Below are positions 29,958 through 40,490 of a stretch of DNA of 64,000 bases, piece by piece. The position numbers and the translations under genes were made by a program. Each line of letters starts with the position of its first letter. Positions within the stretch are counted from its first letter, which is position 1. Location of the stretch: the sequence record DRR723986_9628, one strand, 5' to 3'. The notes below the pieces were generated by a model. That model did no database searches, had not been told where the DNA came from, and saw only the letters and a program-made list of their open reading frames with translations.

Positions 29958-30704
29958 ATGAAAAAAATTATCTTCAGTATGATTGCCATGCTTTTTGCCT
30001 TCGCAGGCTATGCACAGAAGTTGAGTGACACTTCGACTTATTTCGAGATAAGAAAGTATTATGCCCATGAAGGAAAGCTTCCTGATTTGATCAAGCGTTT
30101 TCAAGAGCATACACTTTCGCTTTTCGAGAAAAGTGGGATGGAAAATATCATCTATTTTCTACCAATTGATAATGAGGATAATTCACTGACCTACATTCTT
30201 GGCTATCCGGATGAGAAGTCAAGAGATGTGATGTGGGGTAAATTTATGAATGATCCAGTGTGGCAAAAAGTGTTTGAGGAATCAAGGGTAAACGGAGCAT
30301 TGGTAAAAAGTGTGGATCAAACATTCATGAAACTTGCTCCAGGATTGAATGATTTCCCACTCCCTCAGGCTAGTGGGATTTTTCAGATGAGAATCTATAC
30401 TTGTTTTGATGGAAGGCTTGATAATCTACTAACTAGATTTAAAGACCACACTCAGGAATTGTTTGCGAAGCAAGGGTTGAAAAACTATCCCTATTGGGTA
30501 ACAGTTGAAAAAGATGGCAGTCAACCTAAATTGGTTTATTTATTGGGTGACAAAAATCAAGCATCTTTTGAAGCTAATTTTCAAAACTTTGCCAAAGACC
30601 CAGCTTGGCTAAAGGCAAAGGAGCTATCTGAAGCTGACGGGAAGATTGTAGAGAAAGTAGATGCTATTTTCTATAAAACCCTTCCTTTTTCACCGATAAA
30701 ATAG
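29958..30704 (+). CDS. NIPSNAP family protein (two domains), exported
   Basis: Two FE/QxRxY...GxL..L..RF..HT..LF repeats; ATG 29958. Confidence 0.85.
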   Translation: MKKIIFSMIAMLFAFAGYAQKLSDTSTYFEIRKYYAHEGKLPDLIKRFQEHTLSLFEKSGMENIIYFLPIDNEDNSLTYILGYPDEKSRDVMWGKFMNDPVWQKVFEESRVNGALVKSVDQTFMKLAPGLNDFPLPQASGIFQMRIYTCFDGRLDNLLTRFKDHTQELFAKQGLKNYPYWVTVEKDGSQPKLVYLLGDKNQASFEANFQNFAKDPAWLKAKELSEADGKIVEKVDAIFYKTLPFSPIK

Positions 30705-30774
30705 GCGAAAAAGTAGCGTATTGGCTGATGGCTTCGTTTTGGGTTTAACTTCTTTTTTCACTAAATCTACTTCA

Positions 30775-31131
30775 ATGAAAAAGTTAATTTACCCGATTTA
30801 CTGCTGTTTGCTCTTTTCTTTTGCTTGCAGTGAAGACCGAGATCCTGTCATGGTTTGTGGCGTTATTAATCCAGTAGAAGATTTGGCTTGGCTCAATGCA
30901 ATCAAACAGGCAGCGGAATCTGGGTCAAGTTCTGAATACAGTTACCTTGCTCAGGCTACCTTTGAGGGAGAGACTGTTTTCTACTCAGGAAATTGCCATC
31001 CTTTGGCTAATTGGGCTTTACTGCTATTGGATTGTGGAGGTAATCAAATCGAAGGAGAATATACATTTGCAGATTTGGGGGATTCAAAAATAGTCTGGCA
31101 GCCAGAAGATTCTAGATGTCAATTTGACTAA
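30775..31131 (+). CDS. Hypothetical lipoprotein
   Basis: ATG 30775, lipobox FAC; CGVINPVEDLAWL. Confidence 0.7.
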   Translation: MKKLIYPIYCCLLFSFACSEDRDPVMVCGVINPVEDLAWLNAIKQAAESGSSSEYSYLAQATFEGETVFYSGNCHPLANWALLLLDCGGNQIEGEYTFADLGDSKIVWQPEDSRCQFD

Positions 31132-31206
31132 ATCCCGTTTTTTATGAAAATTTCATACTTCCTAAGGTAGCTGGTCTACGCTCTTGGCGCCAGGTGAATG
31201 AAAACA

Positions 31207-31242
31207 AAAAGACCCATGCAGAGATTACTGCATGGGTCTTTT
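31207..31242. terminator. Bidirectional intrinsic terminator
   Basis: AAAAGACCCATGCAG-agatta-CTGCATGGGTCTTTT between convergent genes. Confidence 0.85.
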
Positions 31243-31260
31243 GCTTTATTCATGGTTACT

Positions 31261-34200
31261 TTATTTAGCGTTGAAAGTGAAAGATCGAATTACAAACCTT
31301 CCTTCTTCGCCAGGATTTTTTGGTGTTGAAATCAAATATACCTTGTGCATTTTCCCATCAGCATTTCCAGTGAAAGGAATAGTCAGCGAACCTTGAATTG
31401 GTGCTCCTCCTGTGGTGGATGCTTTTGGACTGAAGGTTCCTTTGCCTACTAGATCTCCGGAAGGACTGTCTAGTCTTAACTCAAAATCATACGTACCCGT
31501 TAGCGCGCCCATTGTAAATGTGTTCAGAGTTACTGAAGCAACATCAGTCAAATCTACTGTTGTGATAAGAGCTGATCCATCTTCTTTAGGAACTGTCAGG
31601 AAGTTTGCTCCTTCGTAACTATTGACTGCATATCCACCCATTAGTTCTTCAGCTTTGCCAAGATCTATCGTATTGCTTTTCAGAAATACTGTTTGAGAAC
31701 CTGAAAGGGGTTTTATGTTGTCTCCTCCATGGTCAGTATAAGATGCATTCAGCATCAATACTCCTGTTGGCGTTGCTTCCTTGCCGGCAGTGGCATCTAC
31801 AGTTCCAGAAGCTGGAAGTGAAGGTGTAGTCACTTGATCTAGGGAGAGAATATAAGCTACCAAGGCATTAAGATCAGATTCTTTCATGTCTGGATTTGCA
31901 GGCATAGCTACTTCTCCCCAGACACCACCGCCACCGTTTTTGATTTTATTTTTCAAGTAATCAGCATCTTTTTGGGTGTACTTTTCAGCCACATCGATGT
32001 AGGCTGGTCCCACAGAAGCCTCTGCTTCTTTGTGACAAGTCTTACAGGTCAAAGTAGTGAAGAGTGATTTACCCATCATAGCTTCAGTCATTACTTTATG
32101 ACCCATATCTGATTCTGCCTGATCCAATCCTTCTATGTAGTCCGCGGATACGTAAAGCGTACTCATATCAGACGATGCTGTCGGATTATCGGCATCTTTC
32201 ACACTCACGCTATAAGCCACTTTTTTTCCAGGGAAATAGAAGGATTGATTTCCATCAATGCTGATAGAGACCTCAGGAGCAACATTTCCAGAATAAATGC
32301 TTTCCATTCCGCTAGTTCCTGTCAATCCACTAGGGTCTTTGGCAGTAACTGTCACTTCGTATTCTCCGATTGCATCAAATGTATGCTTAAGTGTAGGTAC
32401 ATCTGTTGTTACAGTTTGTCCATTGCCTAAATCCCAGATATAAGTCAAAGGATCATTTTCAGGATCGGAAGCTTTGGTGGTGAAAGTGACAGTCAAAGGG
32501 TTCGTTCCTGAAGTTTTGTCAGCGGAGATTTGAGTTACAATAGGAGCTCTATTTCCGCCATTGAAGTCAATTCTTGAAAGACCTGAATCTGGGTTTTTTG
32601 AAAACCAACCATTGCCATATTCCAAGATATAAATTCTACCGTCAGACCCCATTTCCATATCGATGATAGAATTGAATTTGGTGCTAGGCATGAATGCTTC
32701 CATCTTATCATAATCCCCATTTTCTTTTAGGGTTACTACTTTTATCCATCCTCTGATCCAATCATAGATAAACACCTTGGAATCAAAATAGTCTGGCAGT
32801 TTAGTATCCGCTGTGTACATGTCACTGTAGTAAACTGGGCCAGCCATTGCATTTCTTCCTCCAGTCCCTAACTGTGGAAATTCTTTAGATTCCCCGTATG
32901 GATACCAAATAAAGGCAGGCGCCAGCGATGGTAAATCCTTTTTTCCGGTATTATTAATTGAGGTATTGGTAGGTGCCTTAGGATCAAAAGCGGCTCCTGA
33001 TTCCCCTGTGACATAGTCATATTCCCGGTAAGGATAATTATTCCCTACAAAGAAAGGCCAGCCAAAATTACCTGCCTCTCTAGCTTGGTTTACCTCATCA
33101 TAACCTCGTGGTCCCCGGGTTTCGAACATGTCTTCATTTGCATCTGGGCCAACTTCCCCCCAGTATAGAAAGCCGTTTTTCTGATCTATGGAAATTCTAT
33201 AAGGATTTCTGTTTCCTTGTACATATATCTCAGGTCTAGTGCCTTCAGTTCCAACAGGGTAAAGGTTTCCTTCGGGAATGTCGTAAGATCCATCTTCATT
33301 TACTTTAATCCGTAGGATTTTACCTCTAAGGTCATTGGCATCGCCGGAAGATCTACTCGCGTCATATTGCTCAAATCCAGGTCTCTGATCTAAAGGTGCA
33401 AAACCATTGTTTCTGAACTCAGAATCAGGCTGATTGAATGGTGTGGAATTGTCTCCTAAAGAGAGGTATAAGTTCCCTTCTTTATCAAAAGCTATGGAAC
33501 CTCCAGTGTGACAACAGATATCCCGATCCGAGTGAATATCCATGATCACCACCTCAGAGCTCATATCCCAGGTGTTATTTTTGAAAGTAAACCTGGAAAG
33601 TCTATTGATTTCTTCGTCTCCAACCGGTGAGTAGTAAACAAACACATATCCATTATCAGCATAATTAGGGTCTTTTTGAATTCCCATTAAGCCTTCTTCT
33701 GCGTTAACTCCTTTTACATCAGTTTTCCAGTAAACGTCAAGCTTAGCCACTTCTGAAAGCTCTTCAGTTTCGTTGTTAAAAAATAAGATTTCTCCTCTTC
33801 TTTGAGCGACAAGGATATCCAAATTTGGAAGAATGGTCATTTCTGTAGGCTCAGTAAATTCTGGTCCTACCAGAGAAGTTTTAGAAAATCTATTTTCCTC
33901 TGGGACTCTTTTGCTCTTAGCTTTTGAGTAATCCAATTCTGCATTTTTTCCGATGGCATACTGTATGCCTGCCAGCACATGCTTCAGGTAAAGCTCTTCT
34001 GAGTATGACTCATCCGTGTGTCCGCCTCCAGTATAGAAAGCTCTTCCTCCATCATAATCATGATACCAAGCGATAGGGTGCTCACCCATATCCATACCAC
34101 CTTTATAAGAATCTTCATCCAGACTCAAAAGCACATTGACCTCAGGATTCAGGTTTTTATAGCTGTACCATTCGTCAGTTCTTGACCAAGGGCTAGGGAG

Positions 34201-34701
34201 AAAGGAAGTAGAAGAATGACTATTGTCCTCCAACGTTATTTCGCCAGGTTGAACGTTAGGATGGGGATCATTGATGCCAGGATGGTCAGCGAAATACCCC
34301 CCTACTAATCTCCCGTACCAGCCCCAACCATACTCGGTGTCTGCGGCAGCATGGATACCAACGAATCCACCACCTGCTTGAATATACCTTTCGAAATCGG
34401 CCTCTTGGTAGTTGTTCAATACATCTCCTGTTGTGCTTAAAAAGATGACAGCTGAATATTGAGCTAAATTTTCTTCGGTGAACATTTCTGACTGAGTGGT
34501 CGTATCCACCTCAAAATCATTCTCCACGCCAAGCTTTTGAATAGCTGCTACTCCTTGGGGAATAGAGGCGTGATAGTAACCTGCGGTTTTGCTAAAGACG
34601 AGCACTTTTGGTTTTCCGGAGCGAGAATTACAGCTCCAGAAACCTACGCTCGCTATCATTCCAAGCAGCAGTAAGCTTCTTAGGTTTTTTGGGAAATTCA
34701 T
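31261..34701 (-). CDS. Multidomain lipoprotein: ThuA-like + glucose/sorbosone dehydrogenase (GSDH) + PKD + cytochrome c
   Basis: VLVFSKT..Y.H.SI (ThuA); CCHTGG, GNRNPYR (GSDH); YIWDLGNG (PKD); CKTCH heme motif; ATG 34701 preferred. Confidence 0.88.
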   Translation of the reverse strand: MNFPKNLRSLLLLGMIASVGFWSCNSRSGKPKVLVFSKTAGYYHASIPQGVAAIQKLGVENDFEVDTTTQSEMFTEENLAQYSAVIFLSTTGDVLNNYQEADFERYIQAGGGFVGIHAAADTEYGWGWYGRLVGGYFADHPGINDPHPNVQPGEITLEDNSHSSTSFLPSPWSRTDEWYSYKNLNPEVNVLLSLDEDSYKGGMDMGEHPIAWYHDYDGGRAFYTGGGHTDESYSEELYLKHVLAGIQYAIGKNAELDYSKAKSKRVPEENRFSKTSLVGPEFTEPTEMTILPNLDILVAQRRGEILFFNNETEELSEVAKLDVYWKTDVKGVNAEEGLMGIQKDPNYADNGYVFVYYSPVGDEEINRLSRFTFKNNTWDMSSEVVIMDIHSDRDICCHTGGSIAFDKEGNLYLSLGDNSTPFNQPDSEFRNNGFAPLDQRPGFEQYDASRSSGDANDLRGKILRIKVNEDGSYDIPEGNLYPVGTEGTRPEIYVQGNRNPYRISIDQKNGFLYWGEVGPDANEDMFETRGPRGYDEVNQAREAGNFGWPFFVGNNYPYREYDYVTGESGAAFDPKAPTNTSINNTGKKDLPSLAPAFIWYPYGESKEFPQLGTGGRNAMAGPVYYSDMYTADTKLPDYFDSKVFIYDWIRGWIKVVTLKENGDYDKMEAFMPSTKFNSIIDMEMGSDGRIYILEYGNGWFSKNPDSGLSRIDFNGGNRAPIVTQISADKTSGTNPLTVTFTTKASDPENDPLTYIWDLGNGQTVTTDVPTLKHTFDAIGEYEVTVTAKDPSGLTGTSGMESIYSGNVAPEVSISIDGNQSFYFPGKKVAYSVSVKDADNPTASSDMSTLYVSADYIEGLDQAESDMGHKVMTEAMMGKSLFTTLTCKTCHKEAEASVGPAYIDVAEKYTQKDADYLKNKIKNGGGGVWGEVAMPANPDMKESDLNALVAYILSLDQVTTPSLPASGTVDATAGKEATPTGVLMLNASYTDHGGDNIKPLSGSQTVFLKSNTIDLGKAEELMGGYAVNSYEGANFLTVPKEDGSALITTVDLTDVASVTLNTFTMGALTGTYDFELRLDSPSGDLVGKGTFSPKASTTGGAPIQGSLTIPFTGNADGKMHKVYLISTPKNPGEEGRFVIRSFTFNAK

Positions 34702-34831
34702 AGGTTTAATGTTATTAGGATAATAGGCAAATATTCTCATTTGAGAGTTAAGACTACAAATTGGTGATTTTTTTGGAAAAAAATACGCTATTTATTGTCT
34801 AGATGGGATTGCGCTTTTAAGCGGTAAATTT

Positions 34832-35974
34832 CTACAGTATTCTAGCTCCTTCAGAAAGACTAACAGGTATGAAATCTGCTTCTATTCCAAATTTTTCTAT
34901 GTAAGAAGCCTGTATTTCATTTTGGAAATTCTCCCTATGTGAATCGGAAATCAGGTTGATAGTGCAACCTCCAAATCCTCCGCCCATCATGCGGGAACCT
35001 AATACACCAGGTAAACTCCAGGATTTATCGGCTAAAAAATCCAATTCCAAACAACTGACTTCAAAGTCTTTGCTCAGGCTCCTGTGCGACTCTTTCAATA
35101 AGTTTCCAAAGACAGTTAAATTACCTTCATGAAGAGCTTTTGAAGCAAGGTTGACTCGCTCTATTTCGGTGATCACATGTTTTGCTTTTGGAAAAAGAGT
35201 TGCCGGTAGGGTCTGCTTGACTTTCTCAATATCCCCTATAGGAATGTCTCGGAGGGTTGTGGCCGCTGGAAAATAAGATTGAAGTATGCTTACACTTTCT
35301 TCACAAGACTCTCTACGTTTATTGTAGGCCGAATCTGCCAGGTTGTGTTTGACTTTAGAATTGATCAATAATAGGGAATGGGAGCCGAAATTCACAGCAA
35401 CTTCTTCGTGCTTATTGGTACGGCAATCCAAGATTAACGCATGATCTTCTTTCCCAAAGGCAGAGGCGTATGGATCCATGATGCCACATTTCACTCCTGC
35501 AAAGAGATGCTCCGACTTTTGAGCGTATAGTACGATGGACTTTTTGGAGACTTGTAACTTAAATAATTCTGTCAACCCTGTACCAATTGCGACTGAAAGT
35601 GCAGCCGAGGAAGAAAGTCCTGATGCGGGAATATTGCCTCCAAAAACTAAGTCAAACCCTTCTAATCTATAACCGGCTTGTTGAAATTGGGAGACCATTC
35701 CCATGGTGTAGTTGGCCCAATGTCCTTTTTTTGGGGAGAATGAATGGATGTCGAAGACAAACTCTTCATTATAGTCTTCCGAAAAAATTCTGCAAGTAGG
35801 AAGGTTGTTTTCTTGAAGTGCTACCCATATTCCTTGTTCCACTGCAGCTGGGAAAACCAGACCTTCCTGATAGTCTGTGTGTTCTCCGATTAAATTGATT
35901 CTTCCAGGGGCAAACGCCATAATGGGTTTATTTCCAAAGATATTCTCAAAGGATAGGGCAATTTTATCTTTCAT
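34832..35974 (-). CDS. galK: Galactokinase
   Basis: APGRINLIGEHTDY, GLSSSAA, CGIMD, GSRMMGGGFGGC. Confidence 0.93.
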   Translation of the reverse strand: MKDKIALSFENIFGNKPIMAFAPGRINLIGEHTDYQEGLVFPAAVEQGIWVALQENNLPTCRIFSEDYNEEFVFDIHSFSPKKGHWANYTMGMVSQFQQAGYRLEGFDLVFGGNIPASGLSSSAALSVAIGTGLTELFKLQVSKKSIVLYAQKSEHLFAGVKCGIMDPYASAFGKEDHALILDCRTNKHEEVAVNFGSHSLLLINSKVKHNLADSAYNKRRESCEESVSILQSYFPAATTLRDIPIGDIEKVKQTLPATLFPKAKHVITEIERVNLASKALHEGNLTVFGNLLKESHRSLSKDFEVSCLELDFLADKSWSLPGVLGSRMMGGGFGGCTINLISDSHRENFQNEIQASYIEKFGIEADFIPVSLSEGARIL

Positions 35975-35978
35975 TAAG

Positions 35979-37001
35979 TTAAAGTGCTTTTGTCGATTGA
36001 CGGGGTAGCAAGGTAGTTTCTAAAACAATGGAAATCGGATCATCTGAAGCTTGGCCTTCTAATTGATCGAGCAAATGACTGACTGCCAATTTTCCCATTT
36101 CATAGCCGGGCTGAGCCACGGTGGTCAATGGAGGCTCTATCACTGCTGAGGCCGGATTATTGGTAAATCCAGCTAGAGCCATGTCGTCAGGGATTTTGAT
36201 TCCCATGGGTTTCCAAACAGACATAAAATCCAAAGCGACCGGGTCTATCATACAGAATACACCGTCAGGACGATTTGTCATTTTTGCGATTTCATGGGCA
36301 ATTTTTATGTTGCCTTCGGAAGTCAGATCAGAAATTTTCACTAATTCAGGATCAGCGGCTATCCCAAACTCTGTAAGGGCATGTAAATACCCTTCTTTCC
36401 TTTTTTTACTTATATACAAGTCTTCAGGACCGGATACATACATTACGCGTTTGCAGCCAGTTTCCAAGAGGTGCTTGGTCACATGATAGGCTCCTCCCTC
36501 ATCATTAAAAGTCACCCTCGATACAGGAATATCTTCATTTACTCTGTCAAATAGTAAAAAGGGGATTTCTCTATTATATAGGTCAAATAAATGATCGTAT
36601 TTATTAGTTTCTCTACTCAGCGAGATCAGCAAGCCATCCACTTGAGAGGAAACTAAAGTTCTGATATTTGCCTTTTCTAGTTCCAAAGTCTCATTCGATT
36701 GGCAAATCATCACATTATACCCACGCTTATTGGCATGATCCTGAATACCTGAGATACAGGAAGCGAAGAAGTGCGAGGTGATTTCAGGCACAATTACACC
36801 AAGGGTATTAGTTCTACTTATCCTAAGACTTTGAGCTAGGAGATTTGGCTGGTAATTCATCTCCTTGGCCATCTCCACTATACGCTTTTTAGTGTCTGGG
36901 TGTAGCTCAGGAGAATCTTTTAGCGCTCGGGAAATAGTCGATACAGAAACACCTAATTTCTTGGCGATTTCTTTCATCGTAACCTGGTGACCTTTTTTCA
37001 T
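35979..37001 (-). CDS. LacI family transcriptional regulator
   Basis: VTMKEIAKKLGVSVSTISRAL HTH; YQPN. Confidence 0.92.
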   Translation of the reverse strand: MKKGHQVTMKEIAKKLGVSVSTISRALKDSPELHPDTKKRIVEMAKEMNYQPNLLAQSLRISRTNTLGVIVPEITSHFFASCISGIQDHANKRGYNVMICQSNETLELEKANIRTLVSSQVDGLLISLSRETNKYDHLFDLYNREIPFLLFDRVNEDIPVSRVTFNDEGGAYHVTKHLLETGCKRVMYVSGPEDLYISKKRKEGYLHALTEFGIAADPELVKISDLTSEGNIKIAHEIAKMTNRPDGVFCMIDPVALDFMSVWKPMGIKIPDDMALAGFTNNPASAVIEPPLTTVAQPGYEMGKLAVSHLLDQLEGQASDDPISIVLETTLLPRQSTKAL

Positions 37002-37137
37002 ATGCTTACTATTGTATTTTCAGTGGTCATATGGAATCTCGCACCTCGGAAGTTCTCGATTTCATTAGTCAAAATGATTAAGGAATCCACTTGGTAGCAT
37101 CTAAATTGGACGATTCTAAGATGGAAAGATAAGGTTT

Positions 37138-38118
37138 TTACTCTTGGTAAACAGTAAAAAGAACAGTTTCTCCCACTGCCTGTAAGGTACGACGATCAAT
37201 GATCTCCATATTATCCGAGTGCTTGTGATGATACTGAGCAAATCCAAAATCAGGTGAGAATTCTATGATGTCTATCATGGGGATTTTTGCAAATGCATTC
37301 ACAAATACATGGTCATCGGTGATTTCTGGAGAATCTTTATAGATAAAAAAGTCTCCCTGCCCAATCTGATGGGCATTGTCCCAGACTTTTTTAACAATTC
37401 CTGAGGCGTATTGACGGGAATAACCTTCTCGGTAGAACCGGGCTCCTTTCGCACCTACCATGTCCACCAAGATCCCGTAATAAGCAGAGTAATTCGGCTT
37501 ATGCTTGTTTTTGGACCAGTGCTGAGAGCCCAAGCACCACCAGAAATCTTGCTCGTTGTTTCTCATTTCTGTTCCTTCAGGCTCACCGTCATCCTCTCCG
37601 TCGAATAATATAATGTCTATTCCAACTTCTGGCTTTAATTCCTGAGTACCTATCACCCGAGCGATTTCCATTAAAATCGCTACACCACTACCGCCATCAT
37701 TTGCTCCGTCAATAGGTTCATCAATTCGCTCTGTGTCTTTATCGGCTATTCGTCGGGTATCCCAATGTGCTGCCAAAAGAATCCTTTTGCTTGCTTGAGG
37801 ATTATATGAAGCTATGATATTACTCAAGTTCCAGGTAAGTCCATCGTAAGTCTTCGCTTTGAAATCCTGTGTTTCTACGGTAAAGCCAAAACCTTCAAAC
37901 TTAGCCAGAAGCCAGTTTTTAGTTGATTCATGAGCTTCAGTTTCAGGAACTCTTGGTCCAAAATCTACTTGCTTTTGCACATAAGCATATGCCGAATCAG
38001 CAGAGAAAGTAGGGTAGGGCTTTACTGGAACTTCCGCTACTGTTTCAGCTTTCTTTTCAGGACTAGAACATGCCCAGGCAAGTAAGAGTAGGCCTAGCAG
38101 CCAAGATTTATTCTTCAT
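37138..38118 (-). CDS. M28 family peptidase / glutaminyl cyclase-like lipoprotein
   Basis: [26 protein letters not shown] motifs; ATG 38118 overlaps the cysS end. Confidence 0.85.
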   Translation of the reverse strand: MKNKSWLLGLLLLAWACSSPEKKAETVAEVPVKPYPTFSADSAYAYVQKQVDFGPRVPETEAHESTKNWLLAKFEGFGFTVETQDFKAKTYDGLTWNLSNIIASYNPQASKRILLAAHWDTRRIADKDTERIDEPIDGANDGGSGVAILMEIARVIGTQELKPEVGIDIILFDGEDDGEPEGTEMRNNEQDFWWCLGSQHWSKNKHKPNYSAYYGILVDMVGAKGARFYREGYSRQYASGIVKKVWDNAHQIGQGDFFIYKDSPEITDDHVFVNAFAKIPMIDIIEFSPDFGFAQYHHKHSDNMEIIDRRTLQAVGETVLFTVYQE

Positions 38119-39598
38119 ACGCCCAGTCAATTTTATCTTTCATGTCTTTTACCACAAAACCTATCTCTTTCAAACCAGCCCTGATTTCATCTACCTTGGT
38201 ATAATCTCGGGCAGTTTTTGCTTCTGTATACAATTGTAAAAGCAAGTTTAACATTTCATTTTGGTGGTCTGATTTCTCCTCAATCAAACCCAAAATATCC
38301 GAAACGAATGTGTTAAATGTATCAATCAATTTTTTGAATATCTCCTCACCAAAGACAGCGGACTTTAACTGTCCTGTATACATGGAGTTGATTTTCTTCA
38401 GCAAATTGAACAAGTGTCCAATTGCTTGTGCTGTGTTGAAATCATCGTCCATCGCCCGGTAGGCATTGGTGATGATTTGTTCTACTTGAGCGATTTGCTC
38501 TTCATCCTTTTCATCCTCACCTGCCTCATATTTCAATAGCTTAGAAATTCTCAGACCATTGATGAGTTTTTTATAGCCCTTTTGCGCAGCTTGAAGTGCA
38601 TCGTTAGAGAAATCCAACGTGGAGCGGTAATGGGCAGTTAGGATAAAATAACGGATCGTCATCGGGCTGTAAGCCTGATCCAGCAGCTTATGATTTCCAT
38701 TGAACAGTTCCTGTAAGGTGATGAAATTCCCTAGGGATTTACCCATCTTCTGTCCGTTGATGGTGATCATATTGTTATGCATCCAATATTTCACTGGATC
38801 TTGATGATTGCATGCGTTTCCTTGCGCAATCTCACATTCATGATGTGGGAACATCAAGTCCATGCCACCGCCGTGGATGTCAAAGGTTTTTCCTAGATAT
38901 TTTGAACTCATAGCAGTACACTCCAAATGCCAGCCAGGAAATCCAACTCCCCAAGGAGAATCCCATTTCATAAGGTGTTCTGGAGACGCATTTTTCCAAA
39001 GGGAAAAGTCAACTGCATTCCGCTTTTCTTCCTGTCCATCAAGTGTACGGCTGCCAGTCACCAAGTTTTCCAAGTCACGGCCAGAAAGCTTACCATAGTC
39101 ATTTGTTTCGTTGTATTTCATCACATCGAAATACACCGATCCGTTTACTACGTAGGCAAAACCCTCTTTTAAGATGGCTTCAACCAAAGCAATTTGCTCT
39201 GGAATGTGTCCGGTTGCTCTTGGTTCGATATTAGGTTTCCAAGTATTCAGCAAAGCCATATCCCTGTGGTAGGAATCCGTGTATTGCTGGGCAATCTCCA
39301 TAGGTTCCAACTGCTCTAGTTTGGCTTTTTTGGCGATTTTATCTTCTCCCTCATCTGCATCACCCTGCAAGTGGCCTACGTCAGTAATGTTTCGAACATA
39401 GCGAACCCGATAGTCCAGATGGGTCAGGTATCGATTAACAGTATCAAAAGTGATTGCCGGGCGTGCATGGCCCAAATGCGCGTCTCCGTAGACAGTTGGT
39501 CCGCAGACATATAATCCTACAAAAGGAGGGTTGATTGCTTCGAAGTTCTCTTTCTTGCGGGAAAGAGTGTTGTATAGCTTTAAATTATGCGATTTCAT
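38108..39598 (-). CDS. cysS: Cysteine--tRNA ligase
   Basis: [35 protein letters not shown]. Confidence 0.97.
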   Translation of the reverse strand: MKSHNLKLYNTLSRKKENFEAINPPFVGLYVCGPTVYGDAHLGHARPAITFDTVNRYLTHLDYRVRYVRNITDVGHLQGDADEGEDKIAKKAKLEQLEPMEIAQQYTDSYHRDMALLNTWKPNIEPRATGHIPEQIALVEAILKEGFAYVVNGSVYFDVMKYNETNDYGKLSGRDLENLVTGSRTLDGQEEKRNAVDFSLWKNASPEHLMKWDSPWGVGFPGWHLECTAMSSKYLGKTFDIHGGGMDLMFPHHECEIAQGNACNHQDPVKYWMHNNMITINGQKMGKSLGNFITLQELFNGNHKLLDQAYSPMTIRYFILTAHYRSTLDFSNDALQAAQKGYKKLINGLRISKLLKYEAGEDEKDEEQIAQVEQIITNAYRAMDDDFNTAQAIGHLFNLLKKINSMYTGQLKSAVFGEEIFKKLIDTFNTFVSDILGLIEEKSDHQNEMLNLLLQLYTEAKTARDYTKVDEIRAGLKEIGFVVKDMKDKIDWAYEE

Positions 39599-39633
39599 TT
39601 ATAGAATCAGGATTCAAGTATCAAGAAGCAAGA
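39599..39633 (-). repeat. Heptamer array directly upstream of the cysS start
   Basis: Plus strand TTATAGA ATCAGGA TTCAAGT ATCAAGA AGCAAGA. Confidence 0.7.
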
Positions 39634-39787
39634 ACGGAAAAAGTCCGAAATTGATTCAGGCTGCAAAATAGCAGTTTCAAATGGGGAAATGAAAGTTTGT
39701 GAAAAAATGGGAAATGTATAAATAATCTCAGTTTATTTTATTGGTTTTTAACCTTTTTACTTGAATTGTAAAATTAAGTACAGAAAA

Positions 39788-40086
39788 TCAGTAAACTTTT
39801 TTTCTCTCAGGGTTTTGACGATTATCCCAAATCGAAACGATTTCTATTTGATGGTGATTTACTTCGTAAAAATCAAGTAATATTTGAAAGGTAAAATCCT
39901 AGTAAACTTATTTGTAGCTAATCTACCCGGATGCTCATTATCGATCAAAGTACTTACTACTTTTTCAATCTCATCTAAAAGTTTTAAACTATATCTATTG
40001 CTACCATTACGAACAGTATAAAAATCTAAAATGCTTGCTAGTTCAGTTGAAGCTAAGTCAGACCAAACTATTTGCTTTCTAGCCGT
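39788..40086 (-). pseudogene. RelE/ParE-family toxin pseudogene
   Basis: Manual translation (ACG)ARKQIVWSDLASTELASILDFYTVRNGS...YYLIF / YEV...IEIVSIWDNRQNP; start codon is ACG and there is a 1-bp frameshift at the A5 run 39868-39872. Confidence 0.85.
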
Positions 40087-40304
40087 TTTTTCATTTCAGA
40101 TATTACCTGTTGATGAGCTTTGAATTGACCATTTTTAATTTGATTACGTCCGGTTTCAATAGCTCTCAATTGATCTTCAGTTAAGTCTACCACCTCATCA
40201 CTTTTAGAATCAAAAATAGATTCAATGTCTTTTAAGAGATCGATGTCCTGAGTTTCTTTAATTCTGGAAATCAGATTTTTCTTAATTCGTTCGGATACAT
40301 CCAT
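40068..40304 (-). CDS. Putative antitoxin (addiction-module component)
   Basis: 78 aa with LTEDQLRAIETGRNQIKNGQFKAHQQV; overlaps the start of the downstream RelE/ParE frame. Confidence 0.75.
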   Translation of the reverse strand: MDVSERIKKNLISRIKETQDIDLLKDIESIFDSKSDEVVDLTEDQLRAIETGRNQIKNGQFKAHQQVISEMKKRLESK

Positions 40305-40422
40305 AGTAGTTCGATTAGATAGTACAAATTACATATCAAACTTAAATCAAAACATAGAGGTTTTATAAATTCTCACAAAAACCAAGACTCACTAAGTTTT
40401 TGATTTTAAGGCTTAAGCAATA

Positions 40423-40457
40423 CAAAAAAACCTTCTGAAAACTTAATCTCAGAAGGT
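40423..40457 (-). terminator. purH terminator
   Basis: A-run then ACCTTCTGA...TCAGAAGGT stem. Confidence 0.75.
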
Positions 40458-40490
40458 CTTGATACTTATGTCTAGCTACTTGCTACTTTT
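40457..40490 (-). repeat. Heptamer array directly after the purH stop
   Basis: Sense strand AAAAGT AGCAAGT AGCTAGA CATAAGT ATCAAGA. Confidence 0.7.
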
